A stretch of DNA of 64,000 nt from Chrysomallon squamiferum (taxonomy: Eukaryota; Animalia; Mollusca). A model generated the notes under the pieces. That model saw only the letters and a program-made list of their open reading frames with translations. It did not search any database and was not told the origin of the DNA. The stretch spans positions 10,044,001 to 10,108,000 of the forward strand of contig CM022671.1 of assembly GCA_012295275.1 (NCBI GenBank), written 5' to 3'. This document shows positions 61,871 to 64,000 of this stretch, piece after piece. The stretch's first letter is position 1, and each line of letters begins with the position of its first letter. A program made the position numbers and the translations under genes.

Positions 61871-63329
61871 ATAAATGTAAAAAGTCAATGTCATAAATCA
61901 TATAGCTTTAGTAAAGGAGCAGCAACAGAAGCTGCAGCTAGGGTGTACCAAAGGATACAACTAAACAGTGGGGCAGGTGGCAGGCAATAGGGGGCCTGCA
62001 GTAGATGTTTTCAGCTGCCCCAAGAAATCGGTTTGTCAGGTTTTTTGCATGTTTTTATCTGCAAAAATCTCTCTATAAATGTCTGAAATATGAACAGGAA
62101 ATAACTAGTTAATCAGATACCAGATTTGTCTTGCTGAAGAAAGAGTAAGACCAACTCAGCATGGTAATGCAAGCTTATCGAGTTATGACACACCCACCCA
62201 CCCACATGATACAAAAAAAGCAAAATGAGGAGGGCAGCTATGAGAAATCTACACCTTGAAGAAATGAATAGATGCTGAAAAAAAAGTATTCAGCACATTT
62301 AGCTTACTGACTTTTGGAAGAAAAAAGAAAATAAAAGTGAAAATATTTCAAGATTATAGAGAAGTTCCAACTGATACTAATTTATATATATATATATATG
62401 TATTTTATTTTACTTTTTTCTTTTGAAAAGATTCAGGCTTTATTTAGAAAGTCCAAAGGTAAAAACAGATGTCTCAGAAAGGAAAGTGTCAGAAAGTCTT
62501 AAAATCAGTTGTGAAAAAAAAAAAACCCAGCCCACCTCGCACAGGATCCCTAAGAAAACAGAGAAATTGCTCCTCACTTTGGAAAACAATCACAGACACA
62601 AGTAAATTTGAAATAAATCCTGTGTAATATTTACCCAGACTTCAGCTGAATCATCATGTTTCTTTCTCTCCAGTGTTAATTCTTTGTACAACTGGATAAG
62701 ATATTCAGTGTTTATGTTCACAAATGACCAAAATCAATCGCAGTTTCTCCATAGATTTTGAAAGAAAAATAAAGGCAAATTTTTTCTGGATACAAAATTT
62801 TAATTTTTTTGTTTTTTGTTTCAAAGCTTTGAAGATATCTTGGAGTCATTTTAATCTGTTTTTATTGCTGTTTTGGACAATATATAATTTTATAGGAAAA
62901 TTCTGTCACTTACGATTATTTGTTATTTGCCTCTCTTGCAACATTATAGTACACACAGAATTATGGAATGGTGTCTATTTTTGTTTGTGAACAAATAAAT
63001 GTTTTGTAATTAACATTTTAAGGCATTAATGGGTCAACAATGTTAATTTATTACTTTTCAGTCATATATTAGTTTGAATTTAGCACCCGAAATCTAAATC
63101 TCATTCAGAGAAAAAATGATACAGTTTTCGTACATCTATGCTAAACCTCTACTAATAACAACAATAATAACAATAATAATGATAATAATAACAGTAATAC
63201 CTGTAATGATCAAATTAAATACTGAATTTCTTTTTTTTTATAGCTTGTTAAATGAAATAATGACTTTCATTTGGTTTGTTTTCAATCATTTAAGTACACA
63301 ACACTGAGTATTGTAAATATTTTCTTTAT

Positions 63330-63880
63330 AGAATTGACTTGACAATGGACTATTCAAGATTCCACATCGCTAAATTACATCTGCAGTGACAGAATATGTA
63401 GGACAACACTTGAAACAATTATTGATTTATGGGATAATTAGGTCTTTCAAACAGTGGGTTTCACCAGTTGTTACAGACAGGAAATCCAATGGAAATCTGC
63501 AGATGTGTCTGGATTATAGGATGATCAAGGAAAGAACTATCAAGGATGGATATCCTCTGCCAAGAACTGAAGAAATTTTTGACTGATTGGCAGTATCAGA
63601 TATATTTTGTCATTGATATGAAAAGCACAAACCACATACTGCCTTCATTACTGCACAACTGGGCTTTTGAGTATAACACAATAGTATTTGTGTTAACCAA
63701 CAGTCTTCCCAACAGTGGATGGAAAACTGCCTAGCTGGTTTTTGCATGATTTTCATTGAAACTTTGATTGATCTTTTTAGACACATGACTTGAAACAAGT
63801 CTTTCAAATACTTCATGAGAATGGTTTGAAATGTGAACTCTTTCAGTCTGAAGTTAAATACCACTGAAAGCTGCAGAATT
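63330..63880 (+). mobile_element. Decayed Ty3/Gypsy LTR-retrotransposon RT fragment
   Basis: HLKQLLIYGIIR...WVSPVVTDRKSNGNLQMCLDYRMIKERTIKDGYPLPRTEEIFD (ORF 63386-63586) matches the Gypsy RT SPVV-RK-G-LRMCIDYR-KDxYPLP signature; disrupted downstream. Confidence 0.85.
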
Positions 63881-64000
63881 TTCTTGGTAATAATAAAAAA
63901 TAAAAATAAAACAAATATCAAAAGAAAATATATCTTGCAAAATTTGTCAGTTAAAATTATAATCTGAGCCTAAGCAAACACAATAATGCATCTGTTCTAA

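Noticed and set aside
61900-62700. Possible hAT or other transposase remnant between the DIRS and Gypsy relics
   Set aside because: Only vague short motifs; no coherent domain recognised.

Overview
AT-rich, intron-rich animal genomic DNA, probably a lophotrochozoan/gastropod mollusc (inferred from recalled SINE similarity and mosaic CpG depletion; not verified). Four spliced protein-coding genes can be rebuilt by hand with GT-AG introns and consistent reading phase: MFSD5-like molybdate-anion transporter (+, 13 coding exons, ~471 aa), CXXC1/CFP1 (-, 16 exons, ~599 aa), DNM1L/Drp1 (+, 16 exons, ~708 aa; head-to-head with CXXC1 across ~400 bp) and an SLC26/prestin-like anion transporter (-, 18 exons, ~788 aa). 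Mobile-element debris: a 1.5-kb long-TIR non-autonomous DNA transposon, two complete and one partial Tc1/mariner-pogo MITEs, decayed tRNA-SINE copies, and dead L1/Tx1, DIRS-order and Ty3/Gypsy fragments. I found no convincing novel multi-gene system. The best leads are splicing and regulatory oddities: a tandem array of splice-donor copies in MFSD5, candidate alternative C-termini, a Drp1 microexon candidate, altered Drp1 PKA/calcineurin motifs, and a possible small unannotated spliced ORF at the left edge. Most ORFs in the supplied track are microsatellite/AT-rich noise or exon-plus-intron read-through.
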